A DNA stretch of 64,000 nt from Thermoflexus hugenholtzii JAD2 (GCA_945903275.1 CAMDNW010000001.1:35094-99093); one strand, 5' to 3'. Positions 9,229 to 19,990 are shown, counted from the first letter of the stretch. The notes: generated by a model not told the origin, from the letters alone. Program-made: numbers and translations.

Positions 9229-10294
9229 ACGTACGGGCCTCCTCATAGCGTTCGAACGCGAGGTCGACCAGCCGCGTGATGAGATCGCCGTACGACAGCC
9301 CTGCGTGCTGCCAGAGCCGCGGGTACATGGAGATCGGCGTGAAGCCAGGTAGTGTGTTCACTTCGATGATCTGGATGTCATCGGGCGGCGTGACGAAGAA
9401 GTCGACGCGCGCCATGCCTGCGCAGTCCACCGCGCGATACGCCCGCAGCGCGTACTCCTGCACCCGTTGCGCCGTCGCCGCAGGTAGCGAGGCAGGTACC
9501 GTCAGTTCGGTGCTGTCGTCGGCGTACTTCGCTTCATATGAGTAGAACTCAGCGTGCGGCGTGATCTCGCCGAGCGGCGAGGCTTGCGCATCCGCGTTGC
9601 CGAGTACCGCGCACTCGATTTCGCGTCCGGTCATCGCACCCTCGACCAACACCTTGCGGTCGTAGCGCGCTGCCAGTGCGACTGCATCGAGCAGGTCTTC
9701 GCGCGACTTCGCCTTGCTCACGCCCAGCGAGGAGCCACCGTTCGCGGGCTTTACAAAGCACGGGTAGCCGAGGTCGCCCTCGATCGCGCGCAACTCGCCC
9801 GCATCCGGCTCACGCGACTCGGCGTCACGCAGCACGTAGTAGCGAGGTTGAGGGATGCCCGCCTGCGCGAACACTGCGCGCATCTGCTCTTTGTCCATGC
9901 CGATAGCGCTCGCAGCCACACCGGAGCCGACATACGGCTTCTCCGCGATCTCCAGCAGCCCTTGCAGCGTGCCGTCCTCGCCCATCCGACCGTGGACGAT
10001 CGGGAACACAACATCTACCGCACCCAGCGCCGCGAACACATCCGGCGTTGCGAACAGGCCTTCGCCCGGCTCCTCGCCGAGCGTGCCAGTCTCGCCCGCC
10101 TCGGTGCGCGCGAGGCGTACACGCGTCTCCTCCGGCGTTAGCCAGCGGCCGCCGCGCGTGATGCCGAACGGCACGACCTCGAAGTGCGCCGCGTCCGCCG
10201 CGCGTAGGATTGAGCGCGCCGAGACCACCGATACCGCGTGCTCCGGCGACTTGCCGCCGCAGATCACCGCCAGCCGTGTGCGCTGTGAGGCCAT
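9221..10294 (-). CDS. ddl: D-alanine--D-alanine ligase
   Basis: GGKSPEHAVS, HGRMGEDG, VKPANGGSSLG, FYSYEAKY, EVNTLPG. Confidence 0.97.
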   Translation of the reverse strand: MASQRTRLAVICGGKSPEHAVSVVSARSILRAADAAHFEVVPFGITRGGRWLTPEETRVRLARTEAGETGTLGEEPGEGLFATPDVFAALGAVDVVFPIVHGRMGEDGTLQGLLEIAEKPYVGSGVAASAIGMDKEQMRAVFAQAGIPQPRYYVLRDAESREPDAGELRAIEGDLGYPCFVKPANGGSSLGVSKAKSREDLLDAVALAARYDRKVLVEGAMTGREIECAVLGNADAQASPLGEITPHAEFYSYEAKYADDSTELTVPASLPAATAQRVQEYALRAYRAVDCAGMARVDFFVTPPDDIQIIEVNTLPGFTPISMYPRLWQHAGLSYGDLITRLVDLAFERYEEARTYA

Positions 10295-11739
10295 CAGCGG
10301 GCCTCCAACTTCGCGCGCAGCATCGGCCCTAGCTCGTTCACCGTGCCCGCGCCGATCGTGAAGAACACGTCACCCGGCCTCAGGTCGACCGCAATCCGTT
10401 CTGCTGCTTCCTCAAATGTTTCGAGGTACACCGCCGGCGGACTCGTGATCTCGCGCGCTAGGCCGGCGGCGTCGAGGCCTGCTTCGGCCTGCTCGCGCGC
10501 TGCGTAGGTGCCGAGGATGTAGAGCGTGTCGAGCGCCTCGAAACAGGTCTTGAAGCCGTCCAGCAGGTACGCCGAGCGCGAGTAGGTGTGAGGCTGGAAG
10601 CAGGCAACGAGCCGTCGTCCCGGGAATCGCTGGCGAGCCGCCAGCAGTGTCGCGCGTACTTCGGTCGGGTGGTGGGCGTAATCGTCCATCAGCGTGATCG
10701 TGGTGTCGGGGCCGTCAAGGTCGATATCCGCGATGTGCTCGAAGCGCCGCACCGCGCCACGGCACTGCTCGGCGGCCTGTATGGCGCGGCGGAAGTCTGC
10801 CCCAGCGCGCATCGCCATTGCGAGTGCGCCCAATGCGTTCGCGATATTGTGCCGTCCGGGAATCTGCAACGACAGCCGCCCGAGTTCGGCACCATCAAGT
10901 TGCACCACGCAGTCGAGGCCGCCGCGGTCGTTGCCGCGCACGTTGGCCGCGCGCCACTCGGTCGGGGTCTTCGTGGTATCAGTCTCCACGCCGTAGAACT
11001 CGACGTGTGCGCCCGCTTGCCGACGCTCGCGGCCCAGCATTGCCGCCTCCGGCGCGTCGGCACAGACAAACAGCGTGCCATCCGGTGTCACGCGCTCGGC
11101 GAACGCCCGGAACGCCGCTTTGTAGCGTTCTTCCGTCTGGTAGTAGTCGAGGTGGTCGGCCTCGATGTTCGTGACCAGCGCGAACTTCGGTGTGTATTGC
11201 AGGAACGCCTCGGCGTACTCGTCGGCCTCGACGACCGCTATGCGTCCCGCGCCGTCGCGCGCGTTGCCGCCGAGGTCGATCGAGTCGCCACCTGAGAGCA
11301 CCAGTGGGTCGAGGCCGCTTTGCACGGCCATTAGCGACGCGAACGTGGTGGTCGTCGTCTTGCCGTGCGTCCCGGCGATCGCCAACACGTCGCGGTCGGC
11401 GATCAGCCGTTGCACCATCTCTGAGCGCACCATCACAGGGATGCCACGCTCGCGCGCCGTCCGTAACTCCGGATTGTCGTCGCGCGCCGCGACCGTAGTG
11501 ACTACGAGTTCGGCACGGCCAACGTTTGCCGCCGCGTGACCGAGATAGATCGTCCCGCCGTGCTCCTGCAATCGCTCCGTGTGTTCGGAGGTCACGAGAT
11601 CGGAGCCGGTCACGACGTGGCCGCGCGCCAGCAGGATTTCGCCGATCGCGGACATGTGCATCCCGCCCGCGCCCACCAGGTGGACGCGTTGCGGGACCAC
11701 ATTCCCGTTGGTTGGTTGCCGCCGTCTGATCGCCGTCAC
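10294..11739 (-). CDS. murC: UDP-N-acetylmuramate--L-alanine ligase
   Basis: HLVGAGGMHMS, AGTHGKTTT, EADE, DDYAHHPTE, FQPHTYSR. Confidence 0.96.
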   Translation of the reverse strand: MTAIRRRQPTNGNVVPQRVHLVGAGGMHMSAIGEILLARGHVVTGSDLVTSEHTERLQEHGGTIYLGHAAANVGRAELVVTTVAARDDNPELRTARERGIPVMVRSEMVQRLIADRDVLAIAGTHGKTTTTTFASLMAVQSGLDPLVLSGGDSIDLGGNARDGAGRIAVVEADEYAEAFLQYTPKFALVTNIEADHLDYYQTEERYKAAFRAFAERVTPDGTLFVCADAPEAAMLGRERRQAGAHVEFYGVETDTTKTPTEWRAANVRGNDRGGLDCVVQLDGAELGRLSLQIPGRHNIANALGALAMAMRAGADFRRAIQAAEQCRGAVRRFEHIADIDLDGPDTTITLMDDYAHHPTEVRATLLAARQRFPGRRLVACFQPHTYSRSAYLLDGFKTCFEALDTLYILGTYAAREQAEAGLDAAGLAREITSPPAVYLETFEEAAERIAVDLRPGDVFFTIGAGTVNELGPMLRAKLEAR

Positions 11740-12806
11740 GCCGCGATCTCTTCCATGAGCGTGGCGAGGCGCGCCGCCGCGTCTGGCCGCGCGAGCCCGC
11801 GCATCGCTTCGGCCATCCGTCGCCGTGTGTCTTCATCCGCGATCAACCGCAGTACTTCGGGTTCGATGCGCTCAAGTGCGTCGTCGCCGACCACGACCGC
11901 CGCTCCGCGGTCGGCGAGGTAGCGCGCGTTCACGTGCTGGTCGGAGAAGCCGCCAGGGATCACGATCGCGGGCAGTCTGGCCACCGGCAGTTCGCCAAGC
12001 GTCGATGCTCCCGCGCGTGTGACGGCGAGGTCAGCCGCGGCCATCGCCCATGCCATCTCGTCGGTGTAGGGCAGCAAGTGGTAGCGACCGCGCTGACCCT
12101 CGGGCAGCCGCTCGCGTTCGTCCGTGAGCCACGATGCGTCCTCGCGGCCCGAGATGTGCAACACCTGTGCGCGTTCGAGCAGCCGGGGTAGTGCTGCCGC
12201 GACCGCACCGTTGATGCGCCGCGCGCCGAGCGAGCCGCCGGTTACGAGCACCGTCGGCAGGCCCGCGTCGAGGCCGAAACGCGCGATGCCGTCCGCACGT
12301 GTCGCCTCGCTGAACTGCCGTCGCACCGGGTAGCCGGTCACGATCGTCTTCGCGCGCGGCAGCGATGCCATCGAGGCGTCGACCGAGCAGGCCACGCGCG
12401 TCGCGTAGTGGTTCAGGAAGCGCACCGACCAGCCCGGGTGCACGTCAGGCAGGAACACTAGGAGCGGCACATGCGCGCCTGGCGCGGCCCAGCCCACCGG
12501 CGCGGCAGCATAGCCGCCTGTGGCGAATAACGAAGCGGGCCGGTCATCGCGCATCCGCGTCACGGCGGTCTGCCGCCCGCGCAGCAGGTTCAGGCCACCG
12601 GTGATCATCCGCTTCGGCCCGCCTCGCACCTGGGACGATGGAATCGCGCGATAGGGGATGCCCGCAGCCTCAGCCAGCCCACGTTCGGGGCCGCGCTCGC
12701 TGCCGTAGTAGACGAGGTCGCCGCCACGCGCGCGCAACTCCTCACCCACGGTGATCGAGGGGTAGGCGTGCCCGCCCGTGCCTCCACCTGCCAGCGCATA
12801 CTTCAT
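11736..12806 (-). CDS. murG: Lipid II GlcNAc transferase MurG
   Basis: MKYALAGGGTGGHAYP, TGGSLGA, TRAGASTLGE; start overlaps ftsW stop. Confidence 0.95.
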   Translation of the reverse strand: MKYALAGGGTGGHAYPSITVGEELRARGGDLVYYGSERGPERGLAEAAGIPYRAIPSSQVRGGPKRMITGGLNLLRGRQTAVTRMRDDRPASLFATGGYAAAPVGWAAPGAHVPLLVFLPDVHPGWSVRFLNHYATRVACSVDASMASLPRAKTIVTGYPVRRQFSEATRADGIARFGLDAGLPTVLVTGGSLGARRINGAVAAALPRLLERAQVLHISGREDASWLTDERERLPEGQRGRYHLLPYTDEMAWAMAAADLAVTRAGASTLGELPVARLPAIVIPGGFSDQHVNARYLADRGAAVVVGDDALERIEPEVLRLIADEDTRRRMAEAMRGLARPDAAARLATLMEEIAA

Positions 12807-14008
12807 CGCGGCCTGCCCATTGGCTCGTATCGCAATACGCCGTTCTGTGCCGTCGCGCGCGCGGGATCCTCGATTGCCGCGTACCTCGATACCGACAGCA
12901 GCACGCCAAGCGCGGCCATCAGCGAGAGGATTGCTGAGCCGCCGTAGGACAGAAATGGGAGCGGAATGCCCGTCAGCGGGATTGACCGCGTCACGCCGCC
13001 GACATTGATCACCAGCTGGAACGCGATCCAGGTCAGCACACCCACCACGAGCAGCGAGCCGAACCGATCCGGCGCACGCCTCGCGATGCGAAGCCCGCGC
13101 CAGAGGAGTACGGCGAACAGCACCAGCACGACCGTGACGCCGATGAACCCCAGTTCCTCGCCGACGATCGCCAGCGCGCCGTCTGTGTGCGATCCGGGCA
13201 CGTAGAAGAACTTCTGCCGCGACACGCCCAGCCCGAGGCCGGTCAGGCCTCCGGAGCCAAACGCGACCAGCAACTGCAACGTGTGGAAGCCGAGGCCCTC
13301 GGGGTCGGACTCGGCCTGCGTGAACGAGAGGATACGCTGCGCGCGGTAGTCGCCGCTCGCGATCAACACCACCGCCGCCAGCACGCCACTCGCCGCGAGC
13401 GCCGCGACGTGCTTGATGCGTGCCCCGGCGACGAAGAACAGCGTCCCGGTGATCACCGCGATCATAATCGTGGTGCCGAGATCCGGTTCGAGCATGATCA
13501 GCGCCGCAACCAGTCCCACTATGCCGACGAACGGCACTACCCCCAGCGAAAAGTCTTTGACCACCTCGCCCTTGGAGGCGAGCCATGCCGCCATGTATAT
13601 CAGCAAGGCTAGCTTCGCGAACTCGCTCGGCTGCAACGGCGGCAACGGTCCCAAGGCGATCCACCGCTGCGCGCCGTTCTGCTCGACGCCGAGTCCGGGG
13701 ATCAGTACCGCCGCTAGTGCCAGCAGCGTGGCGAGCATCACCAGCGGGCTGAGATGTCGCAGAATGCGGTAGTCGATCTGCATCGCGATGACCATCACCA
13801 CCGCGCCGACTGCGGTGAATACTGCTTGCCGCTTGGCGAAGTAGTTGGCGTCATCAAATTGCGCGTAGCCGAGTGCGTACGACGACGAGTAGATCGTGAT
13901 CAGCCCGATCGCCAGCAGCACCGCCAGCACGGCGATCAACGCGTAGTCCGGCCCGTGTGCCGGCAGCACCATGTCGCGGCGTGCGGTTGCTGCCTGTCGC
14001 GCCATCAT
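12803..14008 (-). CDS. ftsW: SEDS peptidoglycan polymerase FtsW
   Basis: NGAQRWI, QPSEFAK, EPDLGT, HTDGALA, PLTGIPLPFLSYGGS. Confidence 0.96.
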   Translation of the reverse strand: MMARQAATARRDMVLPAHGPDYALIAVLAVLLAIGLITIYSSSYALGYAQFDDANYFAKRQAVFTAVGAVVMVIAMQIDYRILRHLSPLVMLATLLALAAVLIPGLGVEQNGAQRWIALGPLPPLQPSEFAKLALLIYMAAWLASKGEVVKDFSLGVVPFVGIVGLVAALIMLEPDLGTTIMIAVITGTLFFVAGARIKHVAALAASGVLAAVVLIASGDYRAQRILSFTQAESDPEGLGFHTLQLLVAFGSGGLTGLGLGVSRQKFFYVPGSHTDGALAIVGEELGFIGVTVVLVLFAVLLWRGLRIARRAPDRFGSLLVVGVLTWIAFQLVINVGGVTRSIPLTGIPLPFLSYGGSAILSLMAALGVLLSVSRYAAIEDPARATAQNGVLRYEPMGRPR

Positions 14009-15387
14009 GCGCCTCCACTCAGCGCGCCTACTGCGGCCCGGAAGGCTGCGCCCCGCCGCTCGAAGTTCGCGTAGGCGTCGAAGGACGTCCCGGCTGGCGA
14101 GAACAGCACGACGTCGCCGGGCTGTGCGAGACGCGATGCAGCCCGTACTGCCTCAGCGACCGTTTCCACCATCTCAATCGGCGGCGTCCCGCGGCGGTGC
14201 GCCTCGCGCACCGCCGCGGCGAACAGCGCACCCGCCTCGCCGAATGTCACCACCGCGCGACATCGCGCACCCGCCTCGCGCCCGAGGTCGGCGGTGGGTA
14301 GGTCTTTGTGCCGCCCACCCAACAACAGCACCACCGGCTCCGTGTACGAGCGGATACCCGCGAGCGTCCGCTCGGGCGTTGTGGCGATGGAGTCATTCAC
14401 GTACTGCACGCCGGCCACGGTTGCTACCGGCTCCAGCCGGTGCTCGACACCGGTGAACGCGCGCACCGCGCGTGCCGCTGCCTCGTCGCTCACGCCGAGT
14501 TGCGAGGCGACCGCGATCGCGGACAGCACGTTCTCCACGTTGTGTTCGCCGCGCAGCCGGATCTCGTCGCGGCCCACCACACGATGCGCGTGGCCAGCCT
14601 CGAATCGCACGATATCGCCGCCGACGACCGCGACGCCGTCGCCCGGGAGCGCGCGCACCATCGAGGTTGTGAGCGTGCGCCCGCGCGCCTCGGCGGACCA
14701 GCTTGCTGTGACCTCATAGTCGAGGTTGAACACGGCGATGTCGTCGTCGCTCTGGAACTCGAAGATGCGCCGCTTCAGCCCTACGTACTCGTCCCACGAG
14801 TAGCGGTCGAGGTGGTTGGGGGTCACGTTGGTCACGCATGCGACGTGCGGACTCTGCTCTACCAGTTCCAGTTGCGTGTGCGACAACTCCAGCAGCACAC
14901 GCGTCTCAGGCCCGATGTGCTCCAGCAGCCCGAGCATACCCACGCCGATGTTGCCGCCGACCACGTAATCCTGTCCCGACGCTTCGAGCATCGCCCCGGT
15001 CAGCGAGGTCGTTGTGGTCTTTCCGGATGACCCCGTGATCGCTGCTATCGGTGCGGGGCATAACTGCATGAACAACGCGGTCATCGAAGACACGGGTACC
15101 CCGGCTTCGCGTGCCGCGACCAGGGCCGGGAGGTGCTGTGAGACGCCTTGCGAGGCGTAGACGTAGTCCGCCCCCGTCGCGTCCTCGACCCGGTTCGCGC
15201 CCAGCGAGAGGGTCGCTCCGGTGTCCGCGATGGCATCGAGGCTGCTGGCAAGGGTCTCGGCGCTCCGCGCGTCGGACACGGTGACCTGTGCCTCACGTGC
15301 CGCAAAGAAGCGGACGAGGTCGATCCCTTCGATCCCCAGGCCGACTACAGTCACCCGCGTCCCTCTAAAGTTAGGAGAAACCGCCAT
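14005..15387 (-). CDS. murD: UDP-MurNAc-L-Ala--D-Glu ligase
   Basis: TGSSGKTTT, GGNIG, NHLDRY, HRLE, NDSIAT, SPAGTSFD; start may extend to 15411. Confidence 0.95.
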   Translation of the reverse strand: MAVSPNFRGTRVTVVGLGIEGIDLVRFFAAREAQVTVSDARSAETLASSLDAIADTGATLSLGANRVEDATGADYVYASQGVSQHLPALVAAREAGVPVSSMTALFMQLCPAPIAAITGSSGKTTTTSLTGAMLEASGQDYVVGGNIGVGMLGLLEHIGPETRVLLELSHTQLELVEQSPHVACVTNVTPNHLDRYSWDEYVGLKRRIFEFQSDDDIAVFNLDYEVTASWSAEARGRTLTTSMVRALPGDGVAVVGGDIVRFEAGHAHRVVGRDEIRLRGEHNVENVLSAIAVASQLGVSDEAAARAVRAFTGVEHRLEPVATVAGVQYVNDSIATTPERTLAGIRSYTEPVVLLLGGRHKDLPTADLGREAGARCRAVVTFGEAGALFAAAVREAHRRGTPPIEMVETVAEAVRAASRLAQPGDVVLFSPAGTSFDAYANFERRGAAFRAAVGALSGGA

Positions 15388-15417
15388 AGCAGATTCACCA
15401 TTCTTACCCACAGGCCT

Positions 15418-16377
15418 TCACATCGCAAGGGCAAGCGCCACCCCGGCCATACCCGCGGCTACACTCACCAGCCAGAACCGGGCTACCACCTGCTGCTCCG
15501 CCCATCCGATCAGCTCAAAGTGGATATGGATCGGCGCCATCCGGAACAGCCGCCGCCCCCCCGTGCTTTGGAAATAGGCGATCTGGATAATGTCCGAGGC
15601 CGCCTCCACGACGAACACCACTCCGATAATCGGTAGGATCAGCCAATGGCCGGTGAGTAGCGCCACAGTGGATAACGCCGCCCCGAGCGGTAGCGCGCCC
15701 GTGTCGCCCATGAACACCCGCGCCGGATTCACGTTGAACCAGAGAAATCCCAACAGCGCCCCCACCACCGTGAAACAGAATGTCCCGAGGAATACGTCCC
15801 CCTGGAACATCGAGATCACGCCGTAGGCGGCGAACGCCGATGCCGCCGTGCCCCCGAGTAGCCCGTCGAGGCCGTCCGTGATCGCTACCGCCGTCGTTGT
15901 GGAGAGCATCACCACCACTGCCGCCGGGATGAACAGTGCACCCAGCGCGACCGACCCCGATCCCGGCACGATCACCTCGCGAATCCCCAGCGGCTCGTAT
16001 AGCACGTACGCGACCACCACAGAGAGAACCGTCAGCAGCGCGATCTTCAGCCGCCACGACAACCCGCCTTGCCGCCGCCCCACCAGCGTGCCGAAGTCGT
16101 CCGCGACCCCGATCGCCATCGTAGTACCCACGACGCCGATGACTAACAATTCTGCCGGCCCGCCAAAGCGGTTCACCGTCGCTGTCACCAGGCCTACTGA
16201 GGCGAAGATCAGCAGCCCGCCCATCGTCGGCGTCCCGGCCTTGACTGAGTGCGACGACGGCCCAAGTTCTGAGATCGCCTTGCCGAGGTGCTGCGCGCGC
16301 AACCACCCCACGATCGGCAGCCCCACCAGCAGCGCGAACGCGAAGGCCGCGACGCTCGCCATCAATGCGCTCGTCAT
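15418..16377 (-). CDS. mraY: Phospho-MurNAc-pentapeptide transferase
   Basis: KAGTPTMGG, ADDF, TDGLDGL, FMGDTG, FRMAPIHIHFE. Confidence 0.95.
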   Translation of the reverse strand: MTSALMASVAAFAFALLVGLPIVGWLRAQHLGKAISELGPSSHSVKAGTPTMGGLLIFASVGLVTATVNRFGGPAELLVIGVVGTTMAIGVADDFGTLVGRRQGGLSWRLKIALLTVLSVVVAYVLYEPLGIREVIVPGSGSVALGALFIPAAVVVMLSTTTAVAITDGLDGLLGGTAASAFAAYGVISMFQGDVFLGTFCFTVVGALLGFLWFNVNPARVFMGDTGALPLGAALSTVALLTGHWLILPIIGVVFVVEAASDIIQIAYFQSTGGRRLFRMAPIHIHFELIGWAEQQVVARFWLVSVAAGMAGVALALAM

Positions 16378-17753
16378 CGCGCGCCGCCTTCCAGTGCCTG
16401 CACGACGGTCTCGAGAGCCAGTGCTCGCGAGGCCTTCACGAGCAGTACGTCCCCCGGCTGCAACATCGCGCGCAACACTCCCACCACTTCGCCCTTCGAG
16501 GTACAGTGCGTCGCTTGCCCCAATCCGTTTGCGCGTGCGCTGTCGCTAATCCGCTGCGCGAGCGTTCCGACGGTGAACAGTGCGTCGCATACCTGCGCGG
16601 CGCGCTGTCCCACGCGGTCGTGTTCTGGCTCCGTCATCGCGCCGAGTTCGAGCATGTCGCCCAGCAGCGCGATCCGCCGTCCTGGTGTCTCGGCAAGCAA
16701 GTCGAGCGCCGCGATCGTCGCCGCGGGGCTCGCGTTGTAGGTGTCGTCTAGTAGCGTCACACCGTCCGGTAGGCTGCGCACGCTGAGCCGCGTCGGGATT
16801 TCCAGCGCCTCGATCGCCGTGACGATGTTCGCGAACGGCACCTCGTCCGCGAGGCCCGCTGCGGCCGCCGCCAGCACATTTGGCAGCAGATGCGCGCCGG
16901 GCAGCGGCACATGCACGCGCGCGCTCACCACGCCGTACTCCAGCGTGAAATCAAAGCCCTTCGCGCCGTGGCTTTCGATGCCGGTTCCGCGCACATCGGC
17001 GTCGTCGCTCGTGCCGATCAACCAGACGTGCGCCTTCGTGTACGGCGCCATCGCGCGCACCGCTGAGTCGTCGCCGTTCAGGATCGCGTGGCCGTCTGCC
17101 GGTAACGCCTCTGGTAACTCGCGTTTTGCGCGCGCGATCGCTTCCAGCGAGCCCGCGCGTTCGAGATGCACTGGCCCTACGTTGAGCACGATTCCCATGC
17201 GCGGATGCGTCCACTCGCAAAGCCCTGCGATCTCGCCTGTCGTGTACATGCCCATCTCAATTACCGCGCGTTCCGTCTCTGGGCGCAGTTCGAGAAGACA
17301 GAGCGGCACGCCGATCTCGTTGTTGTAGTTCGCCTCGTTCACCTGCACGCTGTAGCGCTTCGATAGCACCGCCGCTGCGATCAACTTCGTCGTCGATTTG
17401 CCGACGTTGCCCGTGACGCCCAGGATCACCGTGCCTGCCAGCGCCTCGCGCCACGCTGCCGCGATCTGTTGCATCGAGGCCAGCGCATCGTCGGTCACGA
17501 TGCATGCCGCGCCTGCTGTGCCCTCGACCGGACGTGTCAGCAGGACACCCGATGCGCCTCGCGCGACCGCGTCGGCGGCGAAGTCGTGCCCATCTACGTG
17601 CTCGCCAGGCAGCGCGACGAATAGGTCGCCTGGCCCGGCTCGGCGCGAGTCGATGATCGCGCGTGTGAATGTTGCTGCCGGCCCGTCGAGCGCGCGCAGT
17701 CGCGCGCCCAGCGCCTCGCGTACGAATGTGGTGTCGAGGACGGGCGTGCTCAT
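16374..17753 (-). CDS. murF: UDP-MurNAc-tripeptide--D-Ala-D-Ala ligase
   Basis: DSR, DGHDF, TGNVGKSTTK, NNEIGVP, DDTYNASP, LGDMLELG, KASR. Confidence 0.96.
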   Translation of the reverse strand: MSTPVLDTTFVREALGARLRALDGPAATFTRAIIDSRRAGPGDLFVALPGEHVDGHDFAADAVARGASGVLLTRPVEGTAGAACIVTDDALASMQQIAAAWREALAGTVILGVTGNVGKSTTKLIAAAVLSKRYSVQVNEANYNNEIGVPLCLLELRPETERAVIEMGMYTTGEIAGLCEWTHPRMGIVLNVGPVHLERAGSLEAIARAKRELPEALPADGHAILNGDDSAVRAMAPYTKAHVWLIGTSDDADVRGTGIESHGAKGFDFTLEYGVVSARVHVPLPGAHLLPNVLAAAAAGLADEVPFANIVTAIEALEIPTRLSVRSLPDGVTLLDDTYNASPAATIAALDLLAETPGRRIALLGDMLELGAMTEPEHDRVGQRAAQVCDALFTVGTLAQRISDSARANGLGQATHCTSKGEVVGVLRAMLQPGDVLLVKASRALALETVVQALEGGAR

Positions 17754-19495
17754 CGCGCGGCGACCTGGCGCGTCCCGATCGGCTTGGTCGGTGCGACTCC
17801 CATGTAGTGCATCACGTCCGCCGCGACTTTCGAGAACACCGGTGCGGCCACCTGGCCGCCGAGGTTCAGGCCGCCGGTCGGCTGGTCGATCTTGACCAGC
17901 ACAGAGATGCGCGGCTGCCGGTACGGGATGAACCCCGCAAACGTCGCGATGGTGCTGTCAAGGTCGTAGCCCGTGGGAATCGATACCAGCGTTGTGCCGG
18001 TCTTGCCTGCCACTTCGTAGCCCGGTACCTGTGCGCCGTGGAACTCCACGCCGTCTACGACCAGGTTCATCATCTGCGACATGGTGATCGCGGTCTGCTG
18101 CGTGATCGGCCGGCGCACCTCAACCGGCTGGAACGAACGCACGCCGGTCGGCGTCACGGTGCGCGACACTACGTACGGCCGCATCAACTTCCCGCCGTTG
18201 GCGAACGTGTTGACCGCTGTGAGCACCTGCACCGGCGTCGCCGCCAGTCCCTGCCCGTATGAGTTGGTCGCGAGGTCGACGGGATACCAGTTCGGGTCGT
18301 CGGGTAGCCGCACCAACCCCTCGGCCTCCCCCGACAGCCCAATGTGCGTCACCTCGCCGATGCCAAACGACTGCATGTAGCGGTAGAAGTCCTTCGCACC
18401 GATCAGGCCAGACAGCCAGACCGCCCCGGTGTTGAGCGACTTTTGCAGATACTGTGTGACGGTCATTTTGCCGTTTGCGGAGAAGTCCCAATTGGTGATC
18501 GCGTATGTGCCGAAGACGACGCGTCCGGTGTCATCGAAGGTCGTGCCGGGGGTGACCTTGCCCATATCGATAGCGGCCGCGGTGGTAAGGGTCTTGATCA
18601 CCGATCCTGGCTCATACATGTCGGTGATTGCGCGGTTCCGCACGTTGTCGGCCAGCTTCGGATCGTTCAGGTTCGTGCTCTTCGGTCCGGTCGAGGGCGC
18701 CGAGGCCATCGCGAGGATCGCGCCGGTTTGCGGATCCATCACCACGATTGAGCCGCCCTTGGCCGAGTACTGCTTTACTGCCTCATTCAGCCGCCGCTCC
18801 GCGATGCCTTGGATGAAGCGGTCGATGGTCAGTTGCACTTCGCCGCCAGCCACTGGGTCGCGCGAGGTGCGCCCTGCGAAGGAGATCGGCCGCCCTAGCG
18901 CGTCACGCTCGGAGATAACCAGCCCCAGCTTACCACTCAGGATGCCGTCGAAGTCCGACTCCGCGCCCCACAAGCCCTTGCCGTCGAGGCCGACGTAGCC
19001 GACGAGCGGGCCCGCGAGGTCGCCCTCGGGGTAGATGCGTTGCGAGGACGGCAGCAGCCGTACGCCCCACAACTCCTTCTCGGCGAGCGCGATTCCCTGC
19101 TGGTACGGCAACTGTCGCCGCACCACGATGTCGCCGCCGCGCTGCGCGGTGCCCGCTCCCAAGATCGTGCGCGCGTCCATGTTCAGTTCGCTCGCCAGCG
19201 CAGTCGCGGCGCCCCTTGCCTTGTCGGCCTGCCGCCAGAGAAACGAGTCGACGTAGACATCCCATGTTTCGACGGATGTCGCGAGCGGGAAGCCGGTCGA
19301 ATCGAGAATTGCACCACGCGGTGCGGCCACTGCGTCCACGCCCTGGTGCGTGAACGCGGCTTCTTCGACGTACTGCTCGTGGTCGATGATCTGGATCTGC
19401 CCCAGCCGCACGAACAGCGCGAGCATCGCGAGGCCCACAAGGGTCGCTAGGAGCCGGAGGCGCCACGTCAGGTGGTCGGGTCGCCCGTCTGCCAA
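17750..19495 (-). CDS. ftsI: Class B penicillin-binding protein FtsI
   Basis: N-terminal TM, RGAILD, SxxK (GSVIK), SxN (SLN), KTG; dcw position. Confidence 0.93.
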   Translation of the reverse strand: MADGRPDHLTWRLRLLATLVGLAMLALFVRLGQIQIIDHEQYVEEAAFTHQGVDAVAAPRGAILDSTGFPLATSVETWDVYVDSFLWRQADKARGAATALASELNMDARTILGAGTAQRGGDIVVRRQLPYQQGIALAEKELWGVRLLPSSQRIYPEGDLAGPLVGYVGLDGKGLWGAESDFDGILSGKLGLVISERDALGRPISFAGRTSRDPVAGGEVQLTIDRFIQGIAERRLNEAVKQYSAKGGSIVVMDPQTGAILAMASAPSTGPKSTNLNDPKLADNVRNRAITDMYEPGSVIKTLTTAAAIDMGKVTPGTTFDDTGRVVFGTYAITNWDFSANGKMTVTQYLQKSLNTGAVWLSGLIGAKDFYRYMQSFGIGEVTHIGLSGEAEGLVRLPDDPNWYPVDLATNSYGQGLAATPVQVLTAVNTFANGGKLMRPYVVSRTVTPTGVRSFQPVEVRRPITQQTAITMSQMMNLVVDGVEFHGAQVPGYEVAGKTGTTLVSIPTGYDLDSTIATFAGFIPYRQPRISVLVKIDQPTGGLNLGGQVAAPVFSKVAADVMHYMGVAPTKPIGTRQVAAR

Positions 19496-19549
19496 GCCTG
19501 ACGCTCCCTTCGCGCGCGCCTCATCAGGAAGCGCACGTAAGCATGACCG

Positions 19550-19990
19550 CTACTGAAATCCGGGGAGCCAGCGCAGCGCCTGTTCCCACCAGTCCAGTGC
19601 CGGCGGGGCAGATGGCTGCGGGCGTACGACGTATCGCTCGGGGAGTGCGACCAGTGCCGGTGCGGGTGTCTCGACTGTGACGCGCAACGCGTCCTTCGCG
19701 GGAATCATGCCCAGCCGCACCATCGCCAGTTCGCGCATCTGGCCTTCACCCGCGGTCTGCGCGATCTGCGCTTCCAGCAGCCGCACCCGCGCGCTCAACT
19801 CAGAGCGCTCGCGCTCCAGCGATCGCAACTGGTAGCCGGCTGTCGCCGCGTTGCTCGTCTGCAAGACCTGCAACACGCCGACTGTGGTCGCCGCCAGCAA
19901 CGCGAGCGAGGCGAGCAACGTCCGCGAGACCCGTACCGCGTTCGGCAGCATCGCCGGGGCGCGCTGGGCCAGTCGTGCGGTTGTGGCCAT
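19550..19990 (-). CDS. ftsL: FtsL-like cell division protein
   Basis: TM helix followed by coiled coil (LRSLERERSELSARVRLLEAQIA) and LGM; between rsmH and ftsI. Confidence 0.7.
   Translation of the reverse strand: MATTARLAQRAPAMLPNAVRVSRTLLASLALLAATTVGVLQVLQTSNAATAGYQLRSLERERSELSARVRLLEAQIAQTAGEGQMRELAMVRLGMIPAKDALRVTVETPAPALVALPERYVVRPQPSAPPALDWWEQALRWLPGFQ

Noticed and set aside
12807-13664. 642-aa MurG ORF suggesting a fusion
   Set aside because: The extension overlaps ftsW in another frame; the real start MKYALAGGG is coupled to the ftsW stop
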